Positions 1-11,701 are shown, counted from the stretch's first letter. The stretch: 64,000 nucleotides of DNA from an uncultured Actinomycetota bacterium (GCA_963715255.1 CAVQRN010000002.1:495843-559842); one strand, 5' to 3'. Numbers and translations are program-made. Notes: generated from the letters alone by a model not told the origin.

Positions 1-916
1 GGAGCCGGGCTGCGAGCGGGAGCGACACCATCGACATCTCGTCAACGATCACCAGATCATGCGGAAGCCGGTTGTCCCGGTCGTGCACGAAGCGACCGCG
101 TGCGGGGTGGTATCCGAGGAGCCGGTGGATGGTCGTTCCCTCAACATCGAGGAGCCGATCTTCGGCCTCTCCACCGATCTTCGTCGCTGCTTCAGCGATC
201 GCCTCACCGAGCCTGGCGGCCGCCTTGCCGGTCGGTGCGGCGAGGGCGACGAGAGGGAACGGCTCACCACTTTGGGCGAGGGCCGACAGCATGGCGGCGA
301 TCGTATGGGTCTTGCCGGTCCCGGGTCCTCCTGCGATGACGGCGAAGCGACTGGAGAGGGCGATCCCGGCGGCCTGGCGCTGCCGGGTCGGCCCGCCTGC
401 ATCATCGGCGGGGAGCAAGATGTCGAGGAATCCGGAGACCGCACGGTTGACCACCTTCGTCTCACTCCCGATCCGGTCCGCAATGAAGCGGGCCACGAGA
501 TCCTCGTAGGCGTGGTATCGCTGCAGATAGAGGCGGTCGTCGACAAGGACGAGGGGCGTGTTCCCTTCCCCGTCGCCGACGAGCGGGCTGCCGGCAACGA
601 CTCGCTTCCACGCTTCAGGAGAAGGCCAGGGCAACGCGTCGGTGGCGACGGCCTCGAGTCCATCGACGAAAACGGCCTCTCGCTGAGCCGCGAGCCGGAT
701 GCAGACATGACCGAACCGGGTGCCGCGCACCGCGAGCGCCGCGGCAAGGAGCACACCCTGGTCGTCCTCAGAACGCATCCGCCCGATCGTGGAGGCAGAC
801 AGGACATCGAGCGGTGCGAGGATCCCCGCGTCGTTGAACACGGCCAGCAGACCATCGGCGCCGACCACGACATCCGGATCGAAAGCAGCGGCACGCACGC
901 GGCCGGAGAGGCTCAT
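1..916 (-). CDS. recD: Exodeoxyribonuclease V alpha subunit (RecD); 3' end lies beyond the window start
   Basis: Frame missing from the ORF track: ATG at 916 overlaps the recB stop (ATGA); translates MSLSGRVRAAAFDPD..., Walker A VIAGGPGTGKT (~340-305), Walker B DLVIVDEMSMV (~58-25); follows recC and recB. Confidence 0.9.
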   Translation of the reverse strand, partial: MSLSGRVRAAAFDPDVVVGADGLLAVFNDAGILAPLDVLSASTIGRMRSEDDQGVLLAAALAVRGTRFGHVCIRLAAQREAVFVDGLEAVATDALPWPSPEAWKRVVAGSPLVGDGEGNTPLVLVDDRLYLQRYHAYEDLVARFIADRIGSETKVVNRAVSGFLDILLPADDAGGPTRQRQAAGIALSSRFAVIAGGPGTGKTHTIAAMLSALAQSGEPFPLVALAAPTGKAAARLGEAIAEAATKIGGEAEDRLLDVEGTTIHRLLGYHPARGRFVHDRDNRLPHDLVIVDEMSMVSLPLAARL

Positions 917-3900
917 GTCCGCTCCTCCGATGCGAATCGGCGACTGAGGTCGACGATCATCTCCGGCGGCGGACTCCACCGGTAGACGCCGCATCGTTCG
1001 CGATCGACGATGGGAGTCTCGGCACCGATCATGCCCCGCACGAAGAGGTAGGCGGAGCCTCCGAGATGCTGCTGCGGGTCGTACCCGGGGAGCCGCCACT
1101 GCAAATACCGGTGGAGTGCGACCTGATAGATCATGGATTGCAGCAAGTAGTGGCTGTCTTCCATGACCCGGCGCATCGGTCCAACGGCATAGTCGGTGAC
1201 GCCGGGTTCCTCTCCCCGAGCGGGGAGCGTGTTCGTCTTGTAGTCCATGACGACGTAGCGGTCGTGTCCGTCTGCGCCGGGGATCGCCGCGGTGAGGTCG
1301 ATGGCTCCGGTGAGGTAGCCGCGGAACAGGTTTCCGGGCAAGTCGTCGAGGACATCCGCATAGTCCCACATCGGGTCACCGGCAGGGTGGTGGTCGCGAA
1401 GCACCCCGGCGATCTCGCGGAGGCTCACGGCCGCTTCCGAGGTGCGAACCGGGAACTCGAAGACCATCTCATCGAGCGTGCGCCGATCGGAGAGGTCACG
1501 GAGGCGCATCGCGTCGTCGCCGGGCCCGAGCGGGGTGTCGATCGTCCCGACGATCCCGGCGGCCAAGGCGTCGGCGTCCAGGTCCCACGAGCCTCGACGC
1601 ACTGACTTCTCCACCTCGGCACGGACGGCGCTGTCGAGGTCATCGGCGTCGAAGGAGACGTTCTCGAAGACATGGTGCACGAGCGTTCCGAATGCCGCGC
1701 CACGGGGAAGCGCTGCCATCGGCATCGGCAACTCGATGCCGAATTCATCCGCTCGCTCAACGTCGACGGTCTCATCTTCGCGTTGTGGTTCCTCGTCGGT
1801 GTCCCGCCTGGCCGCGATGGGGTGGCCGGGCGACAGCGACGTGAACGAGGCTCGCCGCCATTCGTAGTCGAGATGCCGGTCGAATCTGGCGACGCTGAGC
1901 GACGGCCGATCCCCGGCCGGTGGTTCGTAGCGCTCGTCATTGGGCAGATCGGTGACCGTCCGGATCTCGATGGTCCCTTCCGCACGGTCGGTGATCCAGC
2001 GAAGATGCGCCGGGTCGTCGTCTTCGGGCATGCCGCTGGTGAGGATCTGGTTGAGTTTCGTCTTCTCCACGTCTGCTGCCTCGTCGATCCACCACACGAC
2101 CAGCCGGTGCTTGGCCCGGGTCATCGCCACGTAGAGGAGGCGGCTCTCTTCGGCGTCGCTCTCCGCCATGGCCAGGTTCTGGTGAGCGGTGAGGCCAGGG
2201 GAGTCCTTCCCACCGACGTCGATGATCCGGCGACGGAACGAGCCGCCGGTCTCGGGGCCGTGGAACAGCGGGATTGGGGGGCGACGCGTGCTCCCTGCGT
2301 CCCAGAGGAACGGACACAACACAATCGGATACTCGAGGCCCTTCGCCCCGTGAATGGTCTGGACCTTGACGGCGTCGGCGTCGGTCTCCAGTCGCCGCTC
2401 ACGGGCCTCGGCCTCGTCGGCGCTGCGTTCCTTCCCGGCGTCGCGGATCGCCTCCTCGAGCCAGGTGAGTATCGACCCGAGGCGATGCTCCCTCCATGCG
2501 CCGTTCATCGCTTCGGCGATGTGGGTGAGGTCGGTCATGAGCCGCTCCCCGTCGGGACGGCGGAGGACTCGCTGAACGAGACCGGTGCGTTGGGCAAGAT
2601 CGGCGACAAGGGCTGCGATCCCGGCGGTAGACAGCAGTTCGTGCCAGCGGCGCATCTCCACCTGGAGTTCGATGGTGGCGTCGTCGTCAAGGGCGGCCGC
2701 GGTGGAGAGATCCTTGCCGACGAGGACACCGGTGGCGGCGTACCGCACGGTCGAGGCCCGGTCGGGTCGTTCGACGCCGAGGAGGAATCGTCGCCATTCG
2801 TCTGCGGCTTCCGTGACGAAGACGCTGCCGGACCTCGACGCGACCGACGGGACTCCCCTCATGCTCAATTCGGCCCGCACCAGGTCGATCTGTTTGCGCG
2901 TGCGGCACAGGACGGCGACATCGCCGGGTCCGACCGGCCGGCGTCCCTTCTCACCGTCGATCTCGATCCCCGAGTGCAGCAGCCGGACGGTTCCTGCGGC
3001 GACGTCCGCGGCGACCACGGCCGCCTGGCGTTCGGGGTTGAACGGCTTGTCTGCCGTCGTGCGTCGACTGATCGGCATCGTGGGTGCGAAGCGGCGGATC
3101 GTGAGCGGCGCCCCCGGTCCGTGAATGCGGGCATCCTCGTGGTCGGGTGCGGGCTGGACCTTTCGGTACGCGATACGGTCGTCGCCGAACGTCACGCCGT
3201 CGAACACGGCGTCCAACGCCGTGATGAGCGGCCCGTCGCTTCGCCAGTTGGTGAGCAGCGTGCGCTCGGTCTCGGCCCGGTCGACGCTCGACAGATACGA
3301 CTCGATGTCGGCACCCCGGAACGCGTAGATCGACTGCTTCGGGTCGCCGATGATGACGAGACGCGTCTCGTCGAACACGGCGTTGATGACTTCCCACTGG
3401 ATCGGATCGGTGTCCTGGGACTCGTCGACGAGGGCGACGGCGAACCGCTCGGAGAGGATCTGCCTGGCGTGTTCGCCGATCCCGGGGTCGGCAAGGGCGT
3501 CACGGGCTTCGAGGAGGAACTGGTCAAATCCTGCGCTCCCGCCCGCACGCAGCCGTCGGTCGATCTCGGTGCGTGCTGCGGCGGCGAGCTCGGCCCGGAC
3601 GGCGGGTCCCCCGTTGGTCGTGGCGGGGTCGGGGACGATGTCCGCGTCGAGGTTGGCGGTCACGGCCTTGGCGATGGCGGTGAGCGCACCGGCATCGACG
3701 AGGTCGGTCGCGTCGTCTGCGAACCGGGCGACGATCAGGTCGGAGACGACCTGCGAGATCAGTTCGGTATCGACGGCGATGGGCTCGAGATCCGGCGAGA
3801 TCCTGGCGTGGAACCCGAGGTGCGCGAGGAGCCGGATGGCGAAGCCGTGGATGGTGTAGATCTGTGCCCGGTCGAACCGGATGACGGCTTCGGTGAGGCG

Positions 3901-4221
3901 TTCGATGCTGCGTTCCCTGGCCGCATCGTCGGCGTTGAGGAGAACCCGGATGTGGTCATCGGCACCGGTGTCCGGGATGTCGCCGGAGAGGATGCGGAGA
4001 GTCTCGACGAGCCGGTCACGGATCCTCCCCTGAAGCTCGGCGGTGGCGGCGCGGGTGAATGTGACGACGAGGATCCGGTCGATGGGGATGCCTGCTTCGG
4101 CGACCAGGCGGGTGACCTGGGCGGCGATCGTGAACGTCTTGCCCGTGCCGGCGCTGGCCTCGATGACGCTGCGTCCCTCCGGGATCGGCTCGGCGGGGTC
4201 GAACGGCTTCACCGTGGTCAT
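913..4221 (-). CDS. recB: Exodeoxyribonuclease V beta subunit (RecB helicase/nuclease)
   Basis: IEASAGTGKT, VTFTRAAT, VDESQDT, GDPKQSIYAFRGAD, TIHGAKGLEY, LLYVAMTRA, C-terminal nuclease GAIDL...MDYKT; ATG 4221 overlaps the recC stop. Confidence 0.95.
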   Translation of the reverse strand: MTTVKPFDPAEPIPEGRSVIEASAGTGKTFTIAAQVTRLVAEAGIPIDRILVVTFTRAATAELQGRIRDRLVETLRILSGDIPDTGADDHIRVLLNADDAARERSIERLTEAVIRFDRAQIYTIHGFAIRLLAHLGFHARISPDLEPIAVDTELISQVVSDLIVARFADDATDLVDAGALTAIAKAVTANLDADIVPDPATTNGGPAVRAELAAAARTEIDRRLRAGGSAGFDQFLLEARDALADPGIGEHARQILSERFAVALVDESQDTDPIQWEVINAVFDETRLVIIGDPKQSIYAFRGADIESYLSSVDRAETERTLLTNWRSDGPLITALDAVFDGVTFGDDRIAYRKVQPAPDHEDARIHGPGAPLTIRRFAPTMPISRRTTADKPFNPERQAAVVAADVAAGTVRLLHSGIEIDGEKGRRPVGPGDVAVLCRTRKQIDLVRAELSMRGVPSVASRSGSVFVTEAADEWRRFLLGVERPDRASTVRYAATGVLVGKDLSTAAALDDDATIELQVEMRRWHELLSTAGIAALVADLAQRTGLVQRVLRRPDGERLMTDLTHIAEAMNGAWREHRLGSILTWLEEAIRDAGKERSADEAEARERRLETDADAVKVQTIHGAKGLEYPIVLCPFLWDAGSTRRPPIPLFHGPETGGSFRRRIIDVGGKDSPGLTAHQNLAMAESDAEESRLLYVAMTRAKHRLVVWWIDEAADVEKTKLNQILTSGMPEDDDPAHLRWITDRAEGTIEIRTVTDLPNDERYEPPAGDRPSLSVARFDRHLDYEWRRASFTSLSPGHPIAARRDTDEEPQREDETVDVERADEFGIELPMPMAALPRGAAFGTLVHHVFENVSFDADDLDSAVRAEVEKSVRRGSWDLDADALAAGIVGTIDTPLGPGDDAMRLRDLSDRRTLDEMVFEFPVRTSEAAVSLREIAGVLRDHHPAGDPMWDYADVLDDLPGNLFRGYLTGAIDLTAAIPGADGHDRYVVMDYKTNTLPARGEEPGVTDYAVGPMRRVMEDSHYLLQSMIYQVALHRYLQWRLPGYDPQQHLGGSAYLFVRGMIGAETPIVDRERCGVYRWSPPPEMIVDLSRRFASEERT

Positions 4222-7200
4222 GTGTTCTCCTCGCTGCTCACGTCGAGGATCGGTTTCCACAGCCGGTCGGCATACTGGGGGAAGTCGGACTCGGCGAGGT
4301 CCGATACGGTTGCGAGATCGTCGAACAACATCCGGTGTGCGGGTTCTTCTCGTTCTCCGCCTTCGCCCTTCCAGTCGGGCTCCCACTTCTTGGCGGTCTC
4401 GGAGGTGCGCTTCTGCGGATCGGTCGTCTCCCACACGAAAGACGACTCGGTGAAGATCGGCAGCGGGTCGGCCATGCCCTCCCGGTACAGAGCAACGAGC
4501 TCAGCGAGCCGGCGCTCCGCCTCGAAAGACCGTTCGTCGGCGCTGTCTCCGAGCGGGCCGATCGTCACGATCAGCACGGTCTCCTTCTCGCCTTTGCCGA
4601 TCATGATCCCGTGCCAGGCCCGCTCCGGGTCGAGGGCGGTGAGGAACACAACCTGCGCGTAGAGGGCGATGCGCCGTCCTGGTTTGCCACGTGATGGGCC
4701 GACGTCGCAGATGAGCGCAGCCTTCAGGTCGGCCAGGACTGAGCCGGTGATCGCTTCCCCGTCGACGATCACGGTTCCCGTGACGGGGATGGCCGTCCCG
4801 GGGACACAGCCCCGGTCGCCTGCGACCGTCTGGATCCGCTGCGCAAGGTCGAGGGCCTCGCCGAGGCTTCCGGTGGCGAGCTCCCCCGCCGGCACCGTGT
4901 CTGCGGCCCGTTCGTGGTCAATGAGCCGTTCGGCGTCGTACCCGTGCCGGATGCCGGTGAGGAGCCGATCTGCGACTGACCACTGTTCGAGGCCGTTGAG
5001 TCCGGTGGGGAGTTCGTCGTCGGGGAGATCGCCCATGTCGGGGATGAACATCCCGAGGCTGTTGCGCAGGAAGGTCTTCGACGGGGTCTTGAGGTAGGAG
5101 ATCAGCCGGTGGAGGGTCGGGGTCTCGACGGTCACAGCGTCGAAGACGAGGGCCCCGGCAACACCGTCGTCGGGTCCCCGCTCGGACAGAGCGACGGCCC
5201 CGGCGTATTGGATCGGGTCGAACCCCCAGGGACCGGAGACACCGAGCTTCCCACTCGTGAAGACCTTCGGGCTGAACGGCTGAAGCGGATGGTCGGTCCG
5301 GATCTTCGCCGCTGCATCGTCGCCGATCATCGCTGCGATGGTCTCTTCGAGTTCGGCGACCGGGACCGCAGGCGGATACTCGACGTTGGTGAGCGGATCC
5401 CGGCCCGTATAGGTGATGACCAGGTGATCGCCTGCTGCCATGACGGCGTCGAGAAGCAGCTGGCGGTCCTGAGCGGAGCGGTCCGGGTCTGCGACGACCT
5501 CGTCATCGATGAGGAGGTTGTCGCCGTCGTTGCGAGACGAGCGGGGGAACCGGTCGTGCTCCATGCCGAGAAGACAGACGACCCGGTACGGGACGGATCG
5601 CATCGGGGCCAGCGTGCAGACGGTGACGTCACCGGTGCGGTGGTGCAGGATCCCGGGTCGGTCCTCGGTCCACGGTGCGATGAGAACTGCTGCTTCGTCG
5701 AGACCGATCACCGGGTCTGGGGTTCCGACCGTCTCGGGAGGGAACGTCTCTTCGAGCAAGCGCTCGAGCTGGCCCCATTGCCATTCATCGCCCCACCGCG
5801 GTTCTGCGAGGAGGCGGACGGCGATCGAGATCTTCTCCGCCCAGCGGGAGGCGGGATCGGGCGTACCAAGGAGTTCGGTGACGACGGCGAATCGTTCGAC
5901 GAGAAGGGCGACTCGCCCGGCAGCACCCGCGATCTGGCCTTCAACGTGGGTGAGCGGTGCGATGTCACCCTCGGTGCGGATCGGGTCATCGTCGAAGAAC
6001 ACACCGGTGAGGATCCGGTCGATCCCCCGCCGCCAGGTGTGTTCGTCACGACTGCCGGCTCCGTTGCGTTCCCGGTGGTCGCCGTCGAGACCCCACCGAA
6101 CGTTGGCGTCGTCGACGAGGTCTGCCATGTCGGATGCGGTGTCGGCTCCGATGCCGAAACGGCGTTGCATCTCGGGGAGACTGACGAGTTGGGTGACGGC
6201 GTCGGTGCCGAGTCGCGATGCGGCGAGACCGACGACGGTCCCGGCCAGCCGGATGAGGGGGTTGGTTCGGGTTGGTGCCCGGTCGGCGATCCGCACCCGC
6301 AGATCGGGAAGCCCCTGGTCTCCACCGTTCGATGCGGGGAACGCCGCCTCGATGAGCGGGGCGAACGTCTCGAGATCGGGCGTCATGATGACGACGTCCC
6401 TCGGTTCGAGCGTCCGGTCGCCGGCGAAGAGATGGAGAACAGCGTCGCGCAGTACGTCGACCTGTCGCTGTGCGCCGTGACAGGCATGGATCTGGATCGA
6501 CCGATCGTCACGACTGCCCGCCGCCTCCGTTGGTTCCCTGTTGGAACGGATGTCACCCTTGCAGCGCCCCGAGCAGTGTGTCCGCATCAACGTCGCCGGA
6601 CACTCGCATGTCCTCCGGCAGTCCTCCCCCGCTTCCGAGGACGACCTGAAGCTCCCGACTCTCCTGAGCCCATGACCGCAGGAGCGGATGCTGCGCCACG
6701 CCGCGGCTCGGATCGTCGCTGCGCCGCACCCGGAGCGTCGATTCGGGAATCGCGGCGACGAGCGGAGCCGTGTCCTTCCAGAGCGCAGGCGACGGGTGGA
6801 GAACGAACAGATGCACGTCCGTCACATCCCCGATCGCTTCGAACACAGCGAGTTCGACCGGGTCGAAAGCCGTCACGCCGTAGACCGAGATACGGTCCGG
6901 CAGGCCGACACCGGCGGCACCGGACCGCAGAGACGCGAGAGCCCCGGGGAGCGTCTCGAAGACAGCCGGTGTCCCGATCTGCTCGTGGAGCAGTCGCCAC
7001 AGTCGCGGCTGCCACGCTGCCGCTCCGGCGATCGGCTCACCGTCGGGTCCCGTGTCGTCGCCCGCCAGTCCATGCGGCGACCATCTGCGGTCGGTGTCGG
7101 GCGTAGGAGGAGAAGAGGCGGCCGATCTTCTGCGCAGCCCGGAGCCGCTGCGCCCCATCCGAAGCGTCACCGTCGGGTCCGTCGACGAACCGGGCAATCA

Positions 7201-7549
7201 GCCACATCCAATCATCATCGTGGTGGTCATCGATGATCCGCTCGAGATGTGACACGACGGACCGGCTCGACCAGGCCTCGATCGACTGAGCGGTGTCGGG
7301 TGTCTGCGAGAGGACGTCGACGACGAGCCGATGCGGAAACGGGAACTCGATGTTGGCGGCGATCCCGTCTCCGATGCCCCGATCTGCAAGGGTGGAGGCG
7401 ATCCGTTCGGTGAGCCACCGGTCGATGCCCCGAGTGGGGACAGCGATGACTTCCGTTGCGAACGGGTCGCCGAGCGGTGAAGCGACCACGTCACAGAGGG
7501 CGTCGACGAGCAGATCTGGATGATCGGATCGATGGATCAGCAACGCCAC
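4218..7549 (-). CDS. recC: Exodeoxyribonuclease V gamma subunit (RecC), split by two frameshifts (~7070, ~6560)
   Basis: Three consecutive frames: LLIHRSD...DPFATEVIAVPTRGIDRWL...ANIEFPFP; WQPRLWR...HPLLRSW...TLLGALQG; IQIHACHGAQRQVDVLRD...CTLAPMRSVP. Confidence 0.9.
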
Positions 7550-7930
7550 GACGGAGACGGTATCAGACGGAGCAGACACATCGTGATACGCGTGGCGTCC
7601 CCCGAAATCCGAGGTGAACCGTACCTCGCGCCACCTCGTGGAGACCCACGGATCGAAGACGCTACGCCCGGGGACGACGGATGGTCCCCCCGTACGGACT
7701 ATCGGTCAAGGCCCGAATCTACGAGATCACAGCGACCGCGACCCTGCCCTCGCCCACATCGGCCTCAGTTGGTCCCGGTTCCGGCTCGTCGTCGTCGCCC
7801 CACCTGCGGTGGTGCAGCGCTCAAGTTGGATTGCTACTCGAACGATCTCACCGTCGCATCCGCCCTTGTCGGTCGGAGAATCCGCTGGTTAGCCGTTCCC
7901 GGGAGCCGTCTCTCCGATAGCCTTGGAGGG

Positions 7931-8722
7931 GTGAGACGTCCGTTCTGGCTCGTAGCGATGGTGCTCGTTGCCGGGTGTTCAACAACAACACTCCTCCCAC
8001 CGATCACCCAGGTGGGGACCGCCGGCACCGACCCGCCGGTCACCTCGGCCACAACACCGACGGCCACGTCGCTCACCCCACTGCCCGACGACTCGACGGA
8101 GGAGCGGATCGCCATGGTGGAATCTCAGATTGAAGCGCGAGGCATCACCGATCCGAACGTGCTCGAGGCGATGCGCACGGTCCCCCGCCACCGCTTCGTC
8201 GCCGACGACAACAAGGGAGATGCCTACGGCGACCACCCGCTCCCCATCGGGTACGGACAGACGATCTCCCAGCCGTTCATCGTGGCAATGATGAGCGAGG
8301 CCCTCGACGTCGGCCCAGGGGACAAGGTGCTCGAGATCGGCACCGGCTCCGGCTACCAGGCTGCGGTGCTGGCGGCCATGGGATGCGAGGTGTACACGAT
8401 GGAGATCATCCCCGAGCTCGCCGTCCGGGCCGAGGCCACCCTCGACGAACTCGGCTACGACGTCACCGTCGGCAACATCGACGGCTACTTCGGGTGGAGT
8501 GAACACGCCCCATTCGACGGCATCATCGTCACCGCCGCCCCCGACCACGTGCCGCAGCCGCTGATCGAACAACTCAAACCCGGGGCGGCGATGGTCATCC
8601 CGGTCGGCCCGATCGGCGCCATGCAGACGATGTGGCGATTCAGCGTCGACGCGGACGGCCTCGTCACCGGCGAGAACCTCGGCTCAGTGATATTCGTGCC
8701 CTTCACGCGTGCCGAGGATTGA
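7931..8722 (+). CDS. pcm: Protein-L-isoaspartate O-methyltransferase with N-terminal lipoprotein signal peptide and Thr/Pro linker
   Basis: VPRHRFV, GYGQTISQP, VLEIGTGSGYQAAVLA, APFDGIIVTAA, FVPF; GGAGG before GTG 7931; N-terminus MRRPFWLVAMVLVAG-C. Confidence 0.9.
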   Translation: MRRPFWLVAMVLVAGCSTTTLLPPITQVGTAGTDPPVTSATTPTATSLTPLPDDSTEERIAMVESQIEARGITDPNVLEAMRTVPRHRFVADDNKGDAYGDHPLPIGYGQTISQPFIVAMMSEALDVGPGDKVLEIGTGSGYQAAVLAAMGCEVYTMEIIPELAVRAEATLDELGYDVTVGNIDGYFGWSEHAPFDGIIVTAAPDHVPQPLIEQLKPGAAMVIPVGPIGAMQTMWRFSVDADGLVTGENLGSVIFVPFTRAED

Positions 8723-11149
8723 CCGGCCGGCCGCCATTGCCAGCAGCGTGGCTACGGCGTAGGCCGCGGCACCCGTCATCAAGACCGTCGTGAACCCGAA
8801 CGCCAGCGCCAGCAGCGCCGCAGCAGCCGAGGTGACGACCGAGACGGTTCCGTTGATACCCCATGCCCATGGGACCAGCCGTGGCGCTCGCTGTTTGAGA
8901 TGGGCGATGCCGTGGGGGAACATGATCCCCATCAGGAAACCCAGCGGAGCGATCGCCACCGCCCCCACGACAACCCGTACCGGCAGTGGGGCCGGCAGTG
9001 CCACCAGGGTGAGGGGGCGAAGCAGGAATGGGTACACCGCCGCGGCGATCGTCAGTGCTGCGGCGCCCGCGATCCACGGGATCCTGGGCGATGCCACGCT
9101 GCCGATCCCGGACGCGATCAGCACTGCGAACAGCACCAGAGCGAACGCCGTGGTCGGGTGCCCCACCAGCAGGATGTAGAGCTGGATCAGTGGGATTTCG
9201 ACCAGCAGGAACGCCAACCCCAGCGACCCGAAGTAGCCGACCGTCCACCATGCCAGCGCCGCCGGGGCCAGCCCCACCGCACCCGGGCGGCGCCGTACGG
9301 CCAGGGGTGCGATGATCAGCACGAGCGAGCTGAGTGTCGCCAGCACCAGGAACGCCACCAGCACCAGGAAACCTGCGCCGCCGAACGGCTGCCAGGTGCG
9401 TCCCAGCGTATCGAGCACCTGGGCGGCCTGGTTCCATTTGAAGTAGTGGCCGAAGAACGGATGATCGTCGGTCGGCGGGGTGATGTCGAAGTCGTAGCCG
9501 GCGTAGATGCCATCCGGTTCGGGGGATATCAGCAGCTCAGCGGCGAGACTCGAATAGGGCTCGTCGGGGATCACGTTGTACCGGTTCGTGTCGGACAGAT
9601 CCAGGCTCGGCATGGCGACGAGATCGAAGCGCAACTCGTCGGCGAATGCACGCACGGTGGCGATGTCGATCGTGGGCCAACCATCCGGTTGCACCAGCAA
9701 CAGGGCGTTGGAGTAGCTACGGAGCATGACTACCGCAGCGGCCGGGTCGATGCCCGTTGAGCGCAACGCTGCGGCCGCGACACCCAGCAACCGGGTCTCC
9801 TCGCTCGGCGGGGTCTGCACCCAGCGGGCCGCCACCAGGATCCCTGAAGGTTCGAGTCGTTCGAGATAGCCCGTGAAGGCCTCAACCGTGATCCGGTAGT
9901 CCTCCGCCAGGCTGTACGCGCCCGAGGTCACCGGACGGTACGGCGCCGTCAACGCCAGGTCGATGACGTCGAAGCTCTCCCCGGTACGCTCCACGAAGGT
10001 CCGGGGATCATCGACCACGACGGCGACCCGGGGGTCGTCGTATACACTCTCCCCTTCACCGACGATCGCATCGATGACTGCACCGTGGGGTTCAACCGCC
10101 GTCACCGACGAGGCCCCGCCCGCGAGCGCCACAAGCACGTCGAGACCGCCGCGCGGTTCGAGCACCAGCGTGTCTGCGCCGGGTCGCAACCGCCATGGGA
10201 GGGCGGTCAGCATATGTCGAACGAACTGAGCGTCATCGGGTGCGACGCGCGGGATCGGGCTGAGGTCATCGCCGTCGAACGTGACGCCGTCCTGGGCCGG
10301 CGGGATCTCGGAGTACGAGAAGCTCAGCCCTGGGAATGAGCGAATGCCGTCGCTGCGCACCAGGTCGATCCGGGTACCTCGATCCCACTCGGTAGCAACA
10401 ACGGTGGCGCCGGGGAAACGCAGCGCACCCGAGAGGCCTTTGTAGGGCGACAGGTTCATCTCGAGCAGGCCCGGTACGGACGTGATAACGCCGATCACCA
10501 CGACGGCGACAACACCGGTGAGGAAGACGAGTCGCCGACGCTGCTCGGCGAGCATGGCGAATCCGGCTGCGGCCGCCATCGCCATGGTTGCGGCGACAAC
10601 CACCGTTCCCTCGCCGCCCAGCAGGTCGAGTCCAACCACCGCCACGATGCACCCGATCCCGGAGCCGACCAGGCTGCCTCCGTAGATGAGGTGTGAAGGG
10701 ATGGGCTCCGGCTGATCGGCCCCCGCAAGCAGAGTGCCGACGATGAGTCCACCGAAGAGGAACGGCACGGCCAGGGCGAGGTAGTAGATGACCAAATAGA
10801 GGAGTTGGCGGCGGTCCCAGGCGATGGCGAACGAATCGAACGGCAACCGGTTGGTGATGGAGTAGGCACCGATCGTCGCGACTCCCTGCAACCCGGCGAG
10901 GCACGCCCAACGCCGCGGCCCACCCGCACCCACTTCCGGGAATGCCGTCAGCACCGAACCGGCGGCACCGATCCCGAGCAGCGCCATCGAGACAATGAGA
11001 AAAGCGAAGTGATAGAACTGTGTGACGGCGAACACCCGGGTGAGCGCAATCTCGAAAACCAGCCCCGACGCCGATGAGGCTGCCACTCCCCCGAGCGTGA
11101 GGAGGCCGACACGAGACCGCAGCATCCTGCTTCGCGACGACGGCGCCAT
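8684..11149 (-). CDS. Polytopic membrane protein with central spermidine-synthase-like class I SAM-binding domain
   Basis: N-terminal TM block (FEIALTRVF...SMALLGIG), central LVLEPRGGLDV...DDPRTFV...FDVIDL...TVEAFTGYLERLEPSG, PPTDDHPFF, C-terminal TM block (PLGFLMGIMFP, WAWGING). Confidence 0.75.
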   Translation of the reverse strand: MAPSSRSRMLRSRVGLLTLGGVAASSASGLVFEIALTRVFAVTQFYHFAFLIVSMALLGIGAAGSVLTAFPEVGAGGPRRWACLAGLQGVATIGAYSITNRLPFDSFAIAWDRRQLLYLVIYYLALAVPFLFGGLIVGTLLAGADQPEPIPSHLIYGGSLVGSGIGCIVAVVGLDLLGGEGTVVVAATMAMAAAAGFAMLAEQRRRLVFLTGVVAVVVIGVITSVPGLLEMNLSPYKGLSGALRFPGATVVATEWDRGTRIDLVRSDGIRSFPGLSFSYSEIPPAQDGVTFDGDDLSPIPRVAPDDAQFVRHMLTALPWRLRPGADTLVLEPRGGLDVLVALAGGASSVTAVEPHGAVIDAIVGEGESVYDDPRVAVVVDDPRTFVERTGESFDVIDLALTAPYRPVTSGAYSLAEDYRITVEAFTGYLERLEPSGILVAARWVQTPPSEETRLLGVAAAALRSTGIDPAAAVVMLRSYSNALLLVQPDGWPTIDIATVRAFADELRFDLVAMPSLDLSDTNRYNVIPDEPYSSLAAELLISPEPDGIYAGYDFDITPPTDDHPFFGHYFKWNQAAQVLDTLGRTWQPFGGAGFLVLVAFLVLATLSSLVLIIAPLAVRRRPGAVGLAPAALAWWTVGYFGSLGLAFLLVEIPLIQLYILLVGHPTTAFALVLFAVLIASGIGSVASPRIPWIAGAAALTIAAAVYPFLLRPLTLVALPAPLPVRVVVGAVAIAPLGFLMGIMFPHGIAHLKQRAPRLVPWAWGINGTVSVVTSAAAALLALAFGFTTVLMTGAAAYAVATLLAMAAGRSILGTREGHEYH

Positions 11150-11287
11150 GGCGAGCCTTCCCGACCGCTTGTCTTCATCGTACGCCGCAATGACATCGCC
11201 CCCCCCCACCGATTCGGAATCTCTCTACGGTGGTCGCCACATGCAACTCTCTTGCCGACGAAGCCGGGCGGATCGGAGGTGCCGCCG

Positions 11288-11701
11288 TTGACGCACCGAT
11301 ACGCGATCGTCGAGCACACCGCCGACACGGGCATCGAGACGGGTGGGGACACCCTGGCGGACGCGATCGGCAACGCCGCGTTCGGGATGTTCGACCTCAT
11401 GTACGACCTGTCATCCATGTCGGCGGAGATGTCGGTCACCTTTGACACGGCCGCGGTGTCACCGCCCGAGCTGTTGGTCGACATTCTGAGCGAGCTTCTG
11501 CTGCGCAGCGAGACGGACGACGTCGCGTTCGTGGAGGTCCGGGTACACGAAGCTCGGATGCGGGCGGTCGTCGACGCCGCCGGTGCTTCGACACAGGGGC
11601 TTGAGTTGCGCGGCCCGCCAATCAAGGCCGTCACGTATCACGACCTCAGGTGCGAACCGGCCGGTGACGGCTGGAAGATCCGCGTCATCTTCGACGTGTG
11701 A
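11288..11701 (+). CDS. Archease (RtcB cofactor)
   Basis: [13 protein letters not shown]-terminus, [10 protein letters not shown]-terminal IFDV; directly upstream of rtcB; GGAGG before TTG 11288. Confidence 0.9.
   Translation: MTHRYAIVEHTADTGIETGGDTLADAIGNAAFGMFDLMYDLSSMSAEMSVTFDTAAVSPPELLVDILSELLLRSETDDVAFVEVRVHEARMRAVVDAAGASTQGLELRGPPIKAVTYHDLRCEPAGDGWKIRVIFDV

Noticed and set aside
1672-7106. Long plus-strand ORFs (996 aa, 665 aa) and similar ones such as 32849-34834 and 60160-61614
   Set aside because: Antisense shadows of real genes in high-GC DNA; no motifs
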